A stretch of 64,000 nt of DNA from assembly GCA_902385635.1 (NCBI GenBank), contig CABMGN010000008.1, positions 197,147 to 261,146 of the forward strand. Direction: 5' to 3'. Positions within the stretch are counted from its first letter, which is position 1. Each line of letters begins with the position of its first letter. The translations under genes and the position numbers were made by a program. This DNA comes from an uncultured archaeon (GTDB lineage: Archaea; Nanobdellota; Nanobdellia; Pacearchaeales; GW2011-AR1). This document shows positions 38,139 through 47,777 of the stretch, in pieces. Below the pieces are notes generated by a model. The model ran no database searches. It worked only from the letters and a program-made list of their open reading frames with translations, and was not told the DNA's origin.

Positions 38139-38906
38139 CTAGGGCTCTCCGTGAATAATATCCATAAAATTCATGTGATAATTTATATCTTCTTCGTAAA
38201 ATTCTGGGTGTTCGCTAGCATATTTTATTACTTTTTTTGAGTCATCAACATCTTCCCCCAAAGCTAAAAATATCTTTTTTATTTTTTCTAATTCTTCTGG
38301 ACGATCTATTGAAAGAACTATATTGGGTTTTTGAAAGGAAGGATTTTCCGCAAAATTTTTAATTTTAAACTTACTAGGATTTTCTAGGATGTAAAGAGTT
38401 ATGTGTTCTTTGTGCTTTTTTTCGTTCGCTAGACTAAAAACCCTCTCTATGGCTTCTCTGGTGATTACCTCTGCGTGCATTCCGAGGGGAACCCCCCTCT
38501 TATGGCGATTATGGGAATACTCTGCTTCGTTATTTTTTACATTTTTAATAAGCCGATCCATAGCTTCTGTAAAAAGTAAGGCACAATCCACAGTTATTCT
38601 AACAATTATATCTGCATTGTGCGCTCTGGCGGCTAAAACAAACTCCTCTAATGCGGAAGTTGCTTTTTCATAAGAAATACCTACTCCTAACTTTTGAGCT
38701 AATTTAACTATTGGGAGGTTTTCTCCTGAAGGTAGATTAGTAGTAGCAACTACAATCTCGTCTATCTCTTTGGACTTCCTTAGTCTGTTTATTTGATGTT
38801 CTAATATTGTTTTACCTCCTAATTTGGCCAGAACTTTTCCGGGAAATCGCGTAGATCCCATCCTCGCCATTATTATTGCAACAACTTTTTTCTTACTTTT
38901 TTCCAT
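38139..38906 (-). CDS. CMP-nonulosonic acid synthetase/cytidylyltransferase (NeuA/PseF/SpsF family)
   Basis: VVAIIMARMGSTRFPGKVL (GSxRxPxK motif). Confidence 0.75.
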   Translation of the reverse strand: MEKSKKKVVAIIMARMGSTRFPGKVLAKLGGKTILEHQINRLRKSKEIDEIVVATTNLPSGENLPIVKLAQKLGVGISYEKATSALEEFVLAARAHNADIIVRITVDCALLFTEAMDRLIKNVKNNEAEYSHNRHKRGVPLGMHAEVITREAIERVFSLANEKKHKEHITLYILENPSKFKIKNFAENPSFQKPNIVLSIDRPEELEKIKKIFLALGEDVDDSKKVIKYASEHPEFYEEDINYHMNFMDIIHGEP

Positions 38907-40380
38907 TTTTTAATACTCTCTTAATTAATTCAGAAAAGTTTATTGAAGCCCGTCCATCGTTATTCCCAATATATTCTTTTAGAAATTTTTCTCCATTCTT
39001 AGCTAATCTACGAATAACCTCTTTTTTGTATAAACAAGCATTTAATGCTTTATTGAAATCATTATCTGCATAGACCCCATAAGCTGCTTTATTTTTAGCG
39101 AAAGGTAAAAGATCTGGTTTTCCAGTCAAGTTTACCGTAATCACAGGTTTTTTCAAAATGAGGGCGTCTATAGCTGTTGTTGAGCAGATAGTGACTAGCA
39201 CCTTACACCTTTGTATGAAATAATTTATTCCCTCGGGGGGTTGCCCCGGGATTATTTCTATCTTTGATTTATATTTTTCTAAGAAGCTTTTAACTAAGTC
39301 AGGTTTTTGACCGGGGTGGAGGTTTATTAAAATCTTCTCTTTAAGATTATTAGTCCCCTTTATTACTACCTCAAGAAATTTTTTTTGCTCTTCTTCTGAT
39401 ACCATTTGAGTGGTTATTAATATATACTCTCCCCTAGGAACTCTCTTTGGTACTGGCAGTCCATCATATTTTGTAGAACCCGCAATAAATATCTTCTTTT
39501 TATCATACCCCCTTCTTATTAACATTTCTTTTGTTAATTTTCCCCATACAACAAATTTATCTGCTAGAGTTGGTTGATAATAAGCGCAATCTATCGCAGC
39601 TCCATGTTGGCTTACTATGGAAGGAACCCCAATTTTGTTTGCTAAATAGACTTCTACTTTCCCGAAGGTATCCATATCTGTTCCAGTAATTATTACTCCG
39701 GGCTTTTCTTTTTTTATAACCTCTTTGATAGTCTCTATGTGCTCGATAGTTGTTAAGAAATTCTGGAAAAATTTTTCTTTTACTTCCGGCCATAAGTTTT
39801 TATTCCCATACCTAAAACTATTATTTTTTACTAGTTTCTTCCATCCTTGATTAAATCTCTTTACTTCTCTTAATATCCTTGGGATCTTTTTGGTAGAAAG
39901 ATATCCTTCTACGGAATTGTAGGATATCTTGTTTTTTTTCAACATTTCCTTTGCAAAAGGACTTCCAGCAATTACTCTCACTTTCACCCCTCCATCTCTT
40001 TTAAGTTGTTTTACTACTGGGATGAGAGTGTCTGCTTGGCTAGATGAATAAATGAAGAAAAGGGCAGAATTCCCTTTATTTTCATTTACGTTCTCTCTCT
40101 TCTTTAAGTATTTCAAAATTCTTTTTATCCCTACTTTAATTTTTTTATTATCCAAAAAAGATTTCTTTTTTTTCTTAGAAAATTTGTTTTTCATAATTTC
40201 ACTAAACCCTAATAAGATATCATGTTGAATCATTGGACCCAAATCGATGCCCGAATATTTGAACAGTTCTTTAAACTCTTTTATCTCCTGAAGTTTTCTA
40301 AACAAGTTTAAAGAACTTTCATAACCGTCTCTGAACTCATCCGGATCTTTTACAATATACTTAGAAAATTCTATCTCCAT
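38893..40380 (-). CDS. hypothetical GT-B-like protein, candidate nonulosonate/capsule-type transferase
   Basis: 495 aa; Rossmann-like halves (VIITGTDMDTFGKVEV...; CSTTAIDALILKKPVITVN); overlaps the cytidylyltransferase start. Confidence 0.3.
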   Translation of the reverse strand: MEIEFSKYIVKDPDEFRDGYESSLNLFRKLQEIKEFKELFKYSGIDLGPMIQHDILLGFSEIMKNKFSKKKKKSFLDNKKIKVGIKRILKYLKKRENVNENKGNSALFFIYSSSQADTLIPVVKQLKRDGGVKVRVIAGSPFAKEMLKKNKISYNSVEGYLSTKKIPRILREVKRFNQGWKKLVKNNSFRYGNKNLWPEVKEKFFQNFLTTIEHIETIKEVIKKEKPGVIITGTDMDTFGKVEVYLANKIGVPSIVSQHGAAIDCAYYQPTLADKFVVWGKLTKEMLIRRGYDKKKIFIAGSTKYDGLPVPKRVPRGEYILITTQMVSEEEQKKFLEVVIKGTNNLKEKILINLHPGQKPDLVKSFLEKYKSKIEIIPGQPPEGINYFIQRCKVLVTICSTTAIDALILKKPVITVNLTGKPDLLPFAKNKAAYGVYADNDFNKALNACLYKKEVIRRLAKNGEKFLKEYIGNNDGRASINFSELIKRVLKNGKK

Positions 40381-40449
40381 ATTAATACATTCCTTGGGTA
40401 TTTTAAAAGTTTTACATACTTATTTAAAGTTATTAATTTTTTAAAAAAA

Positions 40450-41103
40450 ATGAATAAACCTTTAGAGAAGGAAATGAGTAATTTTTACTCTTCTTCAGAA
40501 CCTTATATGAATCAGTTAAAAAAGCATAGTCTTTCAGATTATGGGGTTTACCTAAACAAAATTCTCTCTACACTCTCTAAGGGGAGTTCTATTTTGGATG
40601 TTGGCTGCGGGGTTGGGCAAGTTGCTAATTTTCTTCAAACAAACGGGTACGCTGTAACTGGAATAGATATTTCTCCCCTTTTTATTAAAGAGGGAAGAAA
40701 ATTAGGAAAGGCTAAACTTCTGGAGATGGATTCTACTAAACTTAAGTTTAAAGACGAATCTTTTGCTTCTGTAATTTCTGCTGAGTCTCTAGAGCATATG
40801 CCCAATCCAAAAAAAGTTTTAGAAGAAATGGATCGGGTTTTAAAGAAGAAGGGTCTGCTTGTTCTCCGATTTCCTAATAAGCAGTCTAAATTTAACAATT
40901 TTATAACTCTCTTAACTAAGAAGCCCTATTTTCAGATTGTTCAGCCTAATTTAGACAAAAATGTATTCGGAGAGGATGAAGACTTGTGCTACCTTGCCTC
41001 AACTTCTGATGTAATCGTTTTTCTAAGAAAAAGAGGGTACAAAATAGTTTATACAAAACCTTTCTTTTGGCCGTCTGCTTTGATTCTAGCTAGAAAGCCT
41101 TAA
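40450..41103 (+). CDS. class I SAM-dependent methyltransferase
   Basis: ILDVGCGVGQVANFL (motif I); ESLEHMPNP. Confidence 0.75.
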   Translation: MNKPLEKEMSNFYSSSEPYMNQLKKHSLSDYGVYLNKILSTLSKGSSILDVGCGVGQVANFLQTNGYAVTGIDISPLFIKEGRKLGKAKLLEMDSTKLKFKDESFASVISAESLEHMPNPKKVLEEMDRVLKKKGLLVLRFPNKQSKFNNFITLLTKKPYFQIVQPNLDKNVFGEDEDLCYLASTSDVIVFLRKRGYKIVYTKPFFWPSALILARKP

Positions 41104-41127
41104 AAAATGTGATGATTCTTAGTCTCT

Positions 41128-42297
41128 ATGAACATTATGTTTCAAGTTGGTTCTTGGCATTATGACAAGGGTGGGACAGACCTTTTTGTAAAAACAATCG
41201 CCCACTGGCTAGCAAAAAAAGGGCATAAGGTGGTTGTTCTTGTTCATCGATTAGAAGAAGAAAAATGTTCCGATGAAGATATCTCTTTTGGAAAAGGAGC
41301 TATTTTAGTAAGGTATACTCCTCCTCAGAAGAAGGGGTTAAGATTTAATCCGCTAGTTTATTCTTACCGGCTTTTCCTTACCTCCCTATATCTCTATCGA
41401 TTAGCCAAAAAGGAGGAAGTTCAAGCAATTGTTGTTGGGGAAACAGAACTGCTTTCTGTTCTTCCCCTTAAACTACTAGACGTTAAAATTTTCTGTCGTG
41501 GTGGGGCTTTACTTTATGAAACAATGAGTAAAGAAGTGCTAAAGGAGCGGGGCAGAGGTTTTTACTCTAAACTTTTCATTAATCTAATTAGGTTATATAA
41601 CAAATTTACTTTAAAACTTCCAGATGTAATGGTACCAGTTAATGAAGCAGAGTACTCTTTTATGAAAGTGCATATGAATAATCATGCACTAATAAAAATA
41701 ATCCCCCATGGAATAGATATTAATCTTTTCAAACCTCTAAAAGATAGGTTTCTAAGCAGGAATGTTGTTGTTGGTTATGTTGGAAGATTAGCCCCCATAA
41801 AATACCCAGAAACAGCTCTTAAAATTTTTAAGGAAGCTTCAAAAGGAAAAAGGGGTGTAGAATTTTGGTGGATTGGGCCGTTAGATCCATCTTACTCTGC
41901 AAATCAGTTTGACTTGTTTAAATCTCAAGAAGGAGTTAGTAATGCTAAGTATATTAGTAAAGTAGATAACTCTAAGCTCCCTAACTTTCTTAATAAAATG
42001 GATATTTTCTTACAAGTAGAGCAACAAACAAATGTTTCAAGATCTACAACAGAAGCAGCCTCATGCGGACTACCCATTGTTGCCCTAAACAAAGGGAAAG
42101 AATCTTACGGGTTCTTTACTATGAATCAAACAGAAGCAATATCTAGATTACATAAATTAATTAATTCTAAAGACCTTAGACAAAAAGAGGGAGATCGAGC
42201 TAGGCAAGAAATAATAAAAAACTTTTCAGAAGAAAGAATATATCAAAAATATTTAGATCTCTTTAATTTAGTTACAAACAAAGATGAAAGAAAATGA
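41128..42297 (+). CDS. glycosyltransferase family 4 (GT-B)
   Basis: C-terminal ...STTEAASCGLPIVAL... nucleotide-sugar binding region. Confidence 0.6.
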   Translation: MNIMFQVGSWHYDKGGTDLFVKTIAHWLAKKGHKVVVLVHRLEEEKCSDEDISFGKGAILVRYTPPQKKGLRFNPLVYSYRLFLTSLYLYRLAKKEEVQAIVVGETELLSVLPLKLLDVKIFCRGGALLYETMSKEVLKERGRGFYSKLFINLIRLYNKFTLKLPDVMVPVNEAEYSFMKVHMNNHALIKIIPHGIDINLFKPLKDRFLSRNVVVGYVGRLAPIKYPETALKIFKEASKGKRGVEFWWIGPLDPSYSANQFDLFKSQEGVSNAKYISKVDNSKLPNFLNKMDIFLQVEQQTNVSRSTTEAASCGLPIVALNKGKESYGFFTMNQTEAISRLHKLINSKDLRQKEGDRARQEIIKNFSEERIYQKYLDLFNLVTNKDERK

Positions 42298-43246
42298 TTC
42301 GTTCGTTCTAGAAGAAATTTCTCCTTGGGTAGTTTATCAGAGTAAGGACTGGAAAAGAATAAAAGAGTCCTCTGGGAAGAAACCAGTAACTATCGAAGTA
42401 GAAAATAAAGGGGAGATTAATGCCCAGATTTTAGCCTTTGAACAGATACTTCAGACCCCCTTTGGGAAAAAACAAATACTTTTTGCAGAAGGGCTCCCTT
42501 TATTCAAGGAAGAAGAAGACTTAAAAAAAGTTTTAAACCTTTTTAAAAAAGCCTCTAAAAAATATTTTTATGGGGTTATTTTTCCAACAGTTCTCTCAGA
42601 TAAAAATACTTTCTTTGAAGAAGAAGGTTACTCTAAGATAAGCAATTATACGATTCTTCTTGATCTAGAAAAACCAGAATCGGAGCTATTTAAAAATTTG
42701 GAAAAAAAATCCTCTAGATGGGGGGTTAAATTTGCCGAAAAACAGGGTTTATCTTTTGAGGAAGCAACTGAAGAAGAACTACCTTTGTTTTATGAAATGT
42801 ACTTAAAGACTACCGAAGACGGAGGATTTAACCCGGAAAGTTACGAATTTTTTAAACAGCTATTTACCTCAAAAATAGGAAAAATTTTTATTGTTAAAAA
42901 AGAAAAGAAACTTCTTGCAGGAGGAGCGGTTCTCTTGGACAAAGATTATGCTATACTAAACCTTACCTCTTCAACAGAAGAAGGGCATAAGTTCCAGGCT
43001 ATGCCTTTTTTTTATTGGAACATAATCAGATATACTAAATCTTTAAATAAAAAATATCTGGACTTTGGGGGGTATGACGCAGAGGCAAAAGAAGGAGATA
43101 AGACCTTTGCTGTAAACAAATTTAAGGAAAGATTCGGAGGTAAAATTGTTGAGCAACCAATTTATTCTACTAATAAAAAATACTTTTTGATAAGGAAATT
43201 AATGAGAAAAGCAAGATTTATTAAAAAGTTGTACAAAAAACAATGA
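42284..43246 (+). CDS. FemAB/CelD-like (Acetyltransf_6) GNAT-fold protein
   Basis: 320 aa; ...AGGAVLLDKDYAILNLTSST...MPFFYWNIIRYTKSLNKKYLDFGG pattern of FemAB-family aminoacyl/peptidyl transferases. Confidence 0.45.
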   Translation: MKENDSFVLEEISPWVVYQSKDWKRIKESSGKKPVTIEVENKGEINAQILAFEQILQTPFGKKQILFAEGLPLFKEEEDLKKVLNLFKKASKKYFYGVIFPTVLSDKNTFFEEEGYSKISNYTILLDLEKPESELFKNLEKKSSRWGVKFAEKQGLSFEEATEEELPLFYEMYLKTTEDGGFNPESYEFFKQLFTSKIGKIFIVKKEKKLLAGGAVLLDKDYAILNLTSSTEEGHKFQAMPFFYWNIIRYTKSLNKKYLDFGGYDAEAKEGDKTFAVNKFKERFGGKIVEQPIYSTNKKYFLIRKLMRKARFIKKLYKKQ

Positions 43247-44289
43247 AAAAAATTTTAATGATGGGTTTTACTCCTCCCGAAGAGGGCGGAAGTGAAAGAC
43301 ATATATACGAAATTAGCTCAAGAATGTCTGATGCAGTAGTCTTTACTCAAAAAGGCTCTTTGTGTAGAAATAAAATAGAAGTTTCTACGCTTAACTATGG
43401 CCCAATTTTAAGGAACACATCATTTCTTTTTATGTCTCTACTCTTTGCTATATATCTCTTAATCGCTCCAAAAAAGAAGTACGAATCTATACATATACAT
43501 GAAAATTTGCTTTATTTCTTAGCTCCAATTCTTCGGCTGAGATACTATGTGGTAATCACTATTCATGGTATAACTGGGTTTAAATTTTACGATCATAAAC
43601 TTCTCTGGTTTTTTTTCAGAAGTTCCTTGCGATGTGCGAATAAAGTAATATCTGTAAGTTTAGCCGATAAAGAGCTTTTAGATGTTGAGTTAAAAAAAGT
43701 GGAGTATATACCTAACGGGGTAGATCTTTCAGTGTATGAACTCATTGGAGAACAGAAAATTAAGAAAGAGATAACTTTTGTTGGAAGGATTCATGAACAG
43801 AAAGGAGTGGAAACTTTGGTTAAAGCTTTTGAATTAGTTTCAAAGTTTTTCCCAGAATATACCCTAAAAATAATTGGTAAAAAAGAAGGAAATTATTACG
43901 AAAAATTAAGAAGTAAGTATGTAAATAAAAAAATAGTTTGGAAAGGATTTATACTTGATAGGGAGAAACTTTTTACAGAGATAGCCTCCTCAGAAATTTT
44001 AGTCTGCCCCTCTTTGTGGGAAGCTCTCCCATGGCCCGGTCTTCTGGAAAACCTCGGTTCCGGCCGCCCAGTTATTGCCTCAAGCCTTAAAGGAATGGAT
44101 AAAATATTCAGGGATAAAAAAGATATACTCTTGGTTAAGCCTTTAGATGTTGACGCTCTTTCTACAGCAATGAATTTTCTTATTAAACATAAAAATGTAG
44201 CTTCATCAATTGGAAACAATGGTGGAAGAAGAGCAGAAGATTATCGGTGGGAAATAATAGCAACAAAAGTGCACAGAGTTTATAAATAA
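43243..44289 (+). CDS. glycosyltransferase family 4 (GT-B)
   Basis: FVGRIHEQKGVE...EALPWPGLLENLGSGRPVIAS. Confidence 0.7.
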   Translation: MKKILMMGFTPPEEGGSERHIYEISSRMSDAVVFTQKGSLCRNKIEVSTLNYGPILRNTSFLFMSLLFAIYLLIAPKKKYESIHIHENLLYFLAPILRLRYYVVITIHGITGFKFYDHKLLWFFFRSSLRCANKVISVSLADKELLDVELKKVEYIPNGVDLSVYELIGEQKIKKEITFVGRIHEQKGVETLVKAFELVSKFFPEYTLKIIGKKEGNYYEKLRSKYVNKKIVWKGFILDREKLFTEIASSEILVCPSLWEALPWPGLLENLGSGRPVIASSLKGMDKIFRDKKDILLVKPLDVDALSTAMNFLIKHKNVASSIGNNGGRRAEDYRWEIIATKVHRVYK

Positions 44290-44307
44290 AAAATCCTTGA
44301 ATTAAGA

Positions 44308-44985
44308 ATGGTTCTTCAAAATGGATGGCCTAAATACTGGGAAAGAGCAGAACAGGGGGGGAATTACTATGGGAAGCATGGAGCGAACTCGGATTTAGAG
44401 ATCAACATACTAAATATTACTAAAAAAGATATCCTCTTGGATATAGGTTGTGCAAATGGGGCCATTTTGACCGATATTCGAAAAAAGACCGGGGCGATTG
44501 GTTATGGTATCGATATTTCTCCAATTCCTCTAAAATTAAACAAAGATAAAAAGCTTAAACTTAAGGTTGCAGATATGGAAAAAACAGGCTATCCGGGTAA
44601 TACTTTTACTAAAGTCATTTCCCGAGGGGTATTTGAGCATACTCCTCGCACAGAAAAGGTCTTTTTAGAATTAAATAGGATAATGAAAAGAGGTGGGCTG
44701 GCTTTTATTACTGTGCCTAATAAAATTTCCTTTTTTCACCTGACTAAAAATTTTAAGATGATTATTCGAACCTGGGATCTGGGTTATGAACGAAGCTTTT
44801 CTAAAAAAGAGATAGACGTCGTACTTAAAAAAACAGGATTTAAATTAGAGAGATACTACATTATTCCTCACAGCCAAGTATCAAACATCTTTAATTGGGG
44901 GGATAATCAGCTTAATAAAATAAATAAGAATTATTTTGGCTTCTTTATTTATTTCACTGCAAGAAAAATTAAAGATGTTGCCTAA
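44308..44985 (+). CDS. class I SAM-dependent methyltransferase
   Basis: LLDIGCANGAIL; GVFEHTP. Confidence 0.7.
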   Translation: MVLQNGWPKYWERAEQGGNYYGKHGANSDLEINILNITKKDILLDIGCANGAILTDIRKKTGAIGYGIDISPIPLKLNKDKKLKLKVADMEKTGYPGNTFTKVISRGVFEHTPRTEKVFLELNRIMKRGGLAFITVPNKISFFHLTKNFKMIIRTWDLGYERSFSKKEIDVVLKKTGFKLERYYIIPHSQVSNIFNWGDNQLNKINKNYFGFFIYFTARKIKDVA

Positions 44986-45724
44986 ACTTACATTTAGCAT
45001 TGATGTTGAACCAGACTTACATACTGGGAAATACCGGGGTGTAACCGAAGGGTTAGCAAGATTAAAAGTGCTGTGTGATAAGTACGACGTTAAGCCCATA
45101 CTTTTTGTAACATCAGATTGTCTTTCTAAAAATGCACTAATCTTTAAAAAATTTTCACAAAAAGGGTGGGAGATTTCATTTCATGGTAAGAGTCATAAAA
45201 GGTTCGATGAAATGAGTGAATCTCAGAAAGAAGAGGAAATAAGCTCTTCTGTAAAATTATTTAAAAATAAATTAGGTTTTTACCCTAAAGGGTTTAGGGC
45301 CCCGCAACATGGGATAGATGATTCTACTTTAGACTTGTTGGTTAAGTACGGCTTTAAGTACGACTCTAGTTATACCCCCTTAAATCTTCTCCAACTTTTA
45401 TTTTTCCCAAGAAAATTTTCTCTATGGGCACGAAATTTTTTCTCAAGAAGAAGAATTTATCACATCAGAAGGGGTTTACTTGAAATTCCAACAACCTCTT
45501 TTTTTGTTCCTTTTGTTTCTTTGACTCTAAGGGTCCTTCCAAAAGTTTTTTTGAAGTCATATATAAGATTAATAAAACTAACTTACGAAAGACCACTTTT
45601 TTACGCGCATTCATGGGATTTTATTGAGATGAAGGATAGTAAGGTTGATAGGATTTTTCCACATACTCTATTTTTAAATAAATTAGAATATATAATGAAA
45701 AATGAAAGTTCTAGAGCTAACTAA
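44975..45724 (+). CDS. polysaccharide deacetylase-like (CE4/NodB-homology) protein
   Basis: Start re-chosen at MLPKLTF. FSIDVEPD, FHGKSHKRF, RAPQHG His/Asp motifs. Confidence 0.45.
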   Translation: MLPKLTFSIDVEPDLHTGKYRGVTEGLARLKVLCDKYDVKPILFVTSDCLSKNALIFKKFSQKGWEISFHGKSHKRFDEMSESQKEEEISSSVKLFKNKLGFYPKGFRAPQHGIDDSTLDLLVKYGFKYDSSYTPLNLLQLLFFPRKFSLWARNFFSRRRIYHIRRGLLEIPTTSFFVPFVSLTLRVLPKVFLKSYIRLIKLTYERPLFYAHSWDFIEMKDSKVDRIFPHTLFLNKLEYIMKNESSRAN

Positions 45725-46859
45725 CTACTCTTCCGGAATATGCGGGGTTTGGGCGAGAGTAAAGGAAGAATCTGAAGGACTTTCTAGACTTGGATATGAA
45801 GTAAAGATATTCTCTTCTAATCTTACTAAAGGGTCTAATAATGTAGCTCCTCCTAAAGGAAATCTGGGAAAAATAGAAATAAAGAGGTTCGCCTCCATTC
45901 AACCTGGGACTTATCCCCTCCATTTTTTACCTGGAGGAGAAAGTTACATGTTTTGGAATTTTAAAGAAGCTGGAAAGGAAATAAGAAAATTTAAACCAGA
46001 CTTAATAATCGTCCATTCATACCGGCACACACACAACCTTTTTGCTTTAAGAATGGCAAAAAAGATTGGGGCTAAAGTTTTTTTGGTAACTCACGCCCCA
46101 TTTGTGGAGGAAGATGCAACTAGGTCTTTTTGGGGCCATTCTGCTAGTTGGTTTTATAATTATTTTATTGGATCAAAGACCATAAACAAGTTTGATAAAG
46201 TTATAACAATCACTCACTGGGAAGAACCATACCTTAAGAAATTAGGAGTTAAACCTGAAAAATTAGCTTACATTCCAAATGGGATTCCGGGACTTTTTTT
46301 TAAATATAAGAAAAAAGTTCCAGAAGAAAATAAAATACTTTTCTTAGGAAGAATAGCCCCGATTAAGGACCTCGAAACTCTAATCTCTGCTTTCGCTTTG
46401 ATTAAGAATAAAAAAATAAAATTAGAATTAGTGGGCCCCGCAGAAGAAGGATATCTTCTAAAACTTAAAGATTTAATCAAGAAAAAGTTTCTTGAAAAAA
46501 GAGTAACTTTCTCTGGGCCTATTTATAATTTGGAAGATAAACTTTCTAAGATAGACTCTAGCAAGATTTTCATTCTTCCCTCTAAAAGAGAAGCAATGCC
46601 CCAGTCTTTGATTGAAGCAATGGCCCGTAAAAAAATAGTTATTTCTAGTAATAATCCAGGATCAAAAGAGATAGTTCTTAAAGAAGGGGGTTTTTTATTC
46701 AACGTGGGAGACGCAACAGACCTTGCAAAGAAGGTAGACTCGGCGTTATCCCTTTCACCTAAAGCCCGAAATAAGATTAAACTTAAAGCATTTAACTCTG
46801 TAAACAAATTTAATTGGGAAAGAGTAATAAAGAGTTTAGACCTGGAGATAAAAAAATGA
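45702..46859 (+). CDS. glycosyltransferase family 4 (GT-B)
   Basis: FLGRIAPIKD...EAMPQSLIEAMARKKIVISS. Confidence 0.7.
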   Translation: MKVLELTNYSSGICGVWARVKEESEGLSRLGYEVKIFSSNLTKGSNNVAPPKGNLGKIEIKRFASIQPGTYPLHFLPGGESYMFWNFKEAGKEIRKFKPDLIIVHSYRHTHNLFALRMAKKIGAKVFLVTHAPFVEEDATRSFWGHSASWFYNYFIGSKTINKFDKVITITHWEEPYLKKLGVKPEKLAYIPNGIPGLFFKYKKKVPEENKILFLGRIAPIKDLETLISAFALIKNKKIKLELVGPAEEGYLLKLKDLIKKKFLEKRVTFSGPIYNLEDKLSKIDSSKIFILPSKREAMPQSLIEAMARKKIVISSNNPGSKEIVLKEGGFLFNVGDATDLAKKVDSALSLSPKARNKIKLKAFNSVNKFNWERVIKSLDLEIKK

Positions 46860-47743
46860 TCTCTATAGTAATAACTTCTTTTAACGAACCTAAAACCGTC
46901 GGGAAAGCTATAGACTCTTTTCTTTCTCAAAAGATTAGAAAAAAATTTGAGTTAATTGTTGTAGCGCCAGACAAAGGAACAGAAGATATTGTAAGAAGAT
47001 TTTCTCAAAAAAATAAACAAGTGAGATATTTTAAGGATCCTGGAAAGGGAAAGTCTTACGCTTTAAATCTAATTATTCCCAAATTAAGAGGAGAAATTTT
47101 GGTCTTTACAGATGGAGATCTCTTTGTTTCTAGAAATTCTTTAAATGAGATTCTAAAAAAGTTTGAAGATCCCCGGGTCGGGTGTGTTTCTGCTCGGCCA
47201 GTCCCGATGGAAGATAAAAAAACCAAGTATGGTTATTTTGCTAACTTTTTATTTGACTCTGCGCATAAATTGAGGAAAAAATCAGAAAATAAATTTGGTT
47301 TTGTTGAATGCTCTGGGTACCTTTGGGCATTTCGGAATAATGTTATAACTAGCTTCCCAGTAGATGTTGCTGAGGATACGATCGTTCCATGTCTTTTTTA
47401 TTTAAAAGGATATAAAATTGCTTACGCTCCAAAAGCAGAAGTTTACGTCAAAAACGTAACTAACCTTAAAGACTGGCTTAAACAAAAAATTAGAACAACA
47501 AAGGCGCATGAAACCCTGTTAAAGTACGTAGACGTGAAGAGGGTCCCTAGGTCAAAAAGTTTCTTAAATGAACTTTTTGGGGGCTTTTATCTATTTACTT
47601 ACCCTAAGAAAATAAGAGAAGTATTCTGGACCTTGGACTTATTTTTTCTTAGACTTTACATGTGGGTAGCAGTATTTTATCACACCAAAATTAAGAAAAA
47701 AAGATATTCTGATGCTTGGGAAAGAATTAATAGCACAAAATAA
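46856..47743 (+). CDS. glycosyltransferase family 2
   Basis: Start at MISIVITSFNEP (ATGA overlap); FTDGD. Confidence 0.75.
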   Translation: MISIVITSFNEPKTVGKAIDSFLSQKIRKKFELIVVAPDKGTEDIVRRFSQKNKQVRYFKDPGKGKSYALNLIIPKLRGEILVFTDGDLFVSRNSLNEILKKFEDPRVGCVSARPVPMEDKKTKYGYFANFLFDSAHKLRKKSENKFGFVECSGYLWAFRNNVITSFPVDVAEDTIVPCLFYLKGYKIAYAPKAEVYVKNVTNLKDWLKQKIRTTKAHETLLKYVDVKRVPRSKSFLNELFGGFYLFTYPKKIREVFWTLDLFFLRLYMWVAVFYHTKIKKKRYSDAWERINSTK

Positions 47744-47777
47744 GAAAGAATAAAAACGTCTTTATTTTAATACTAAT

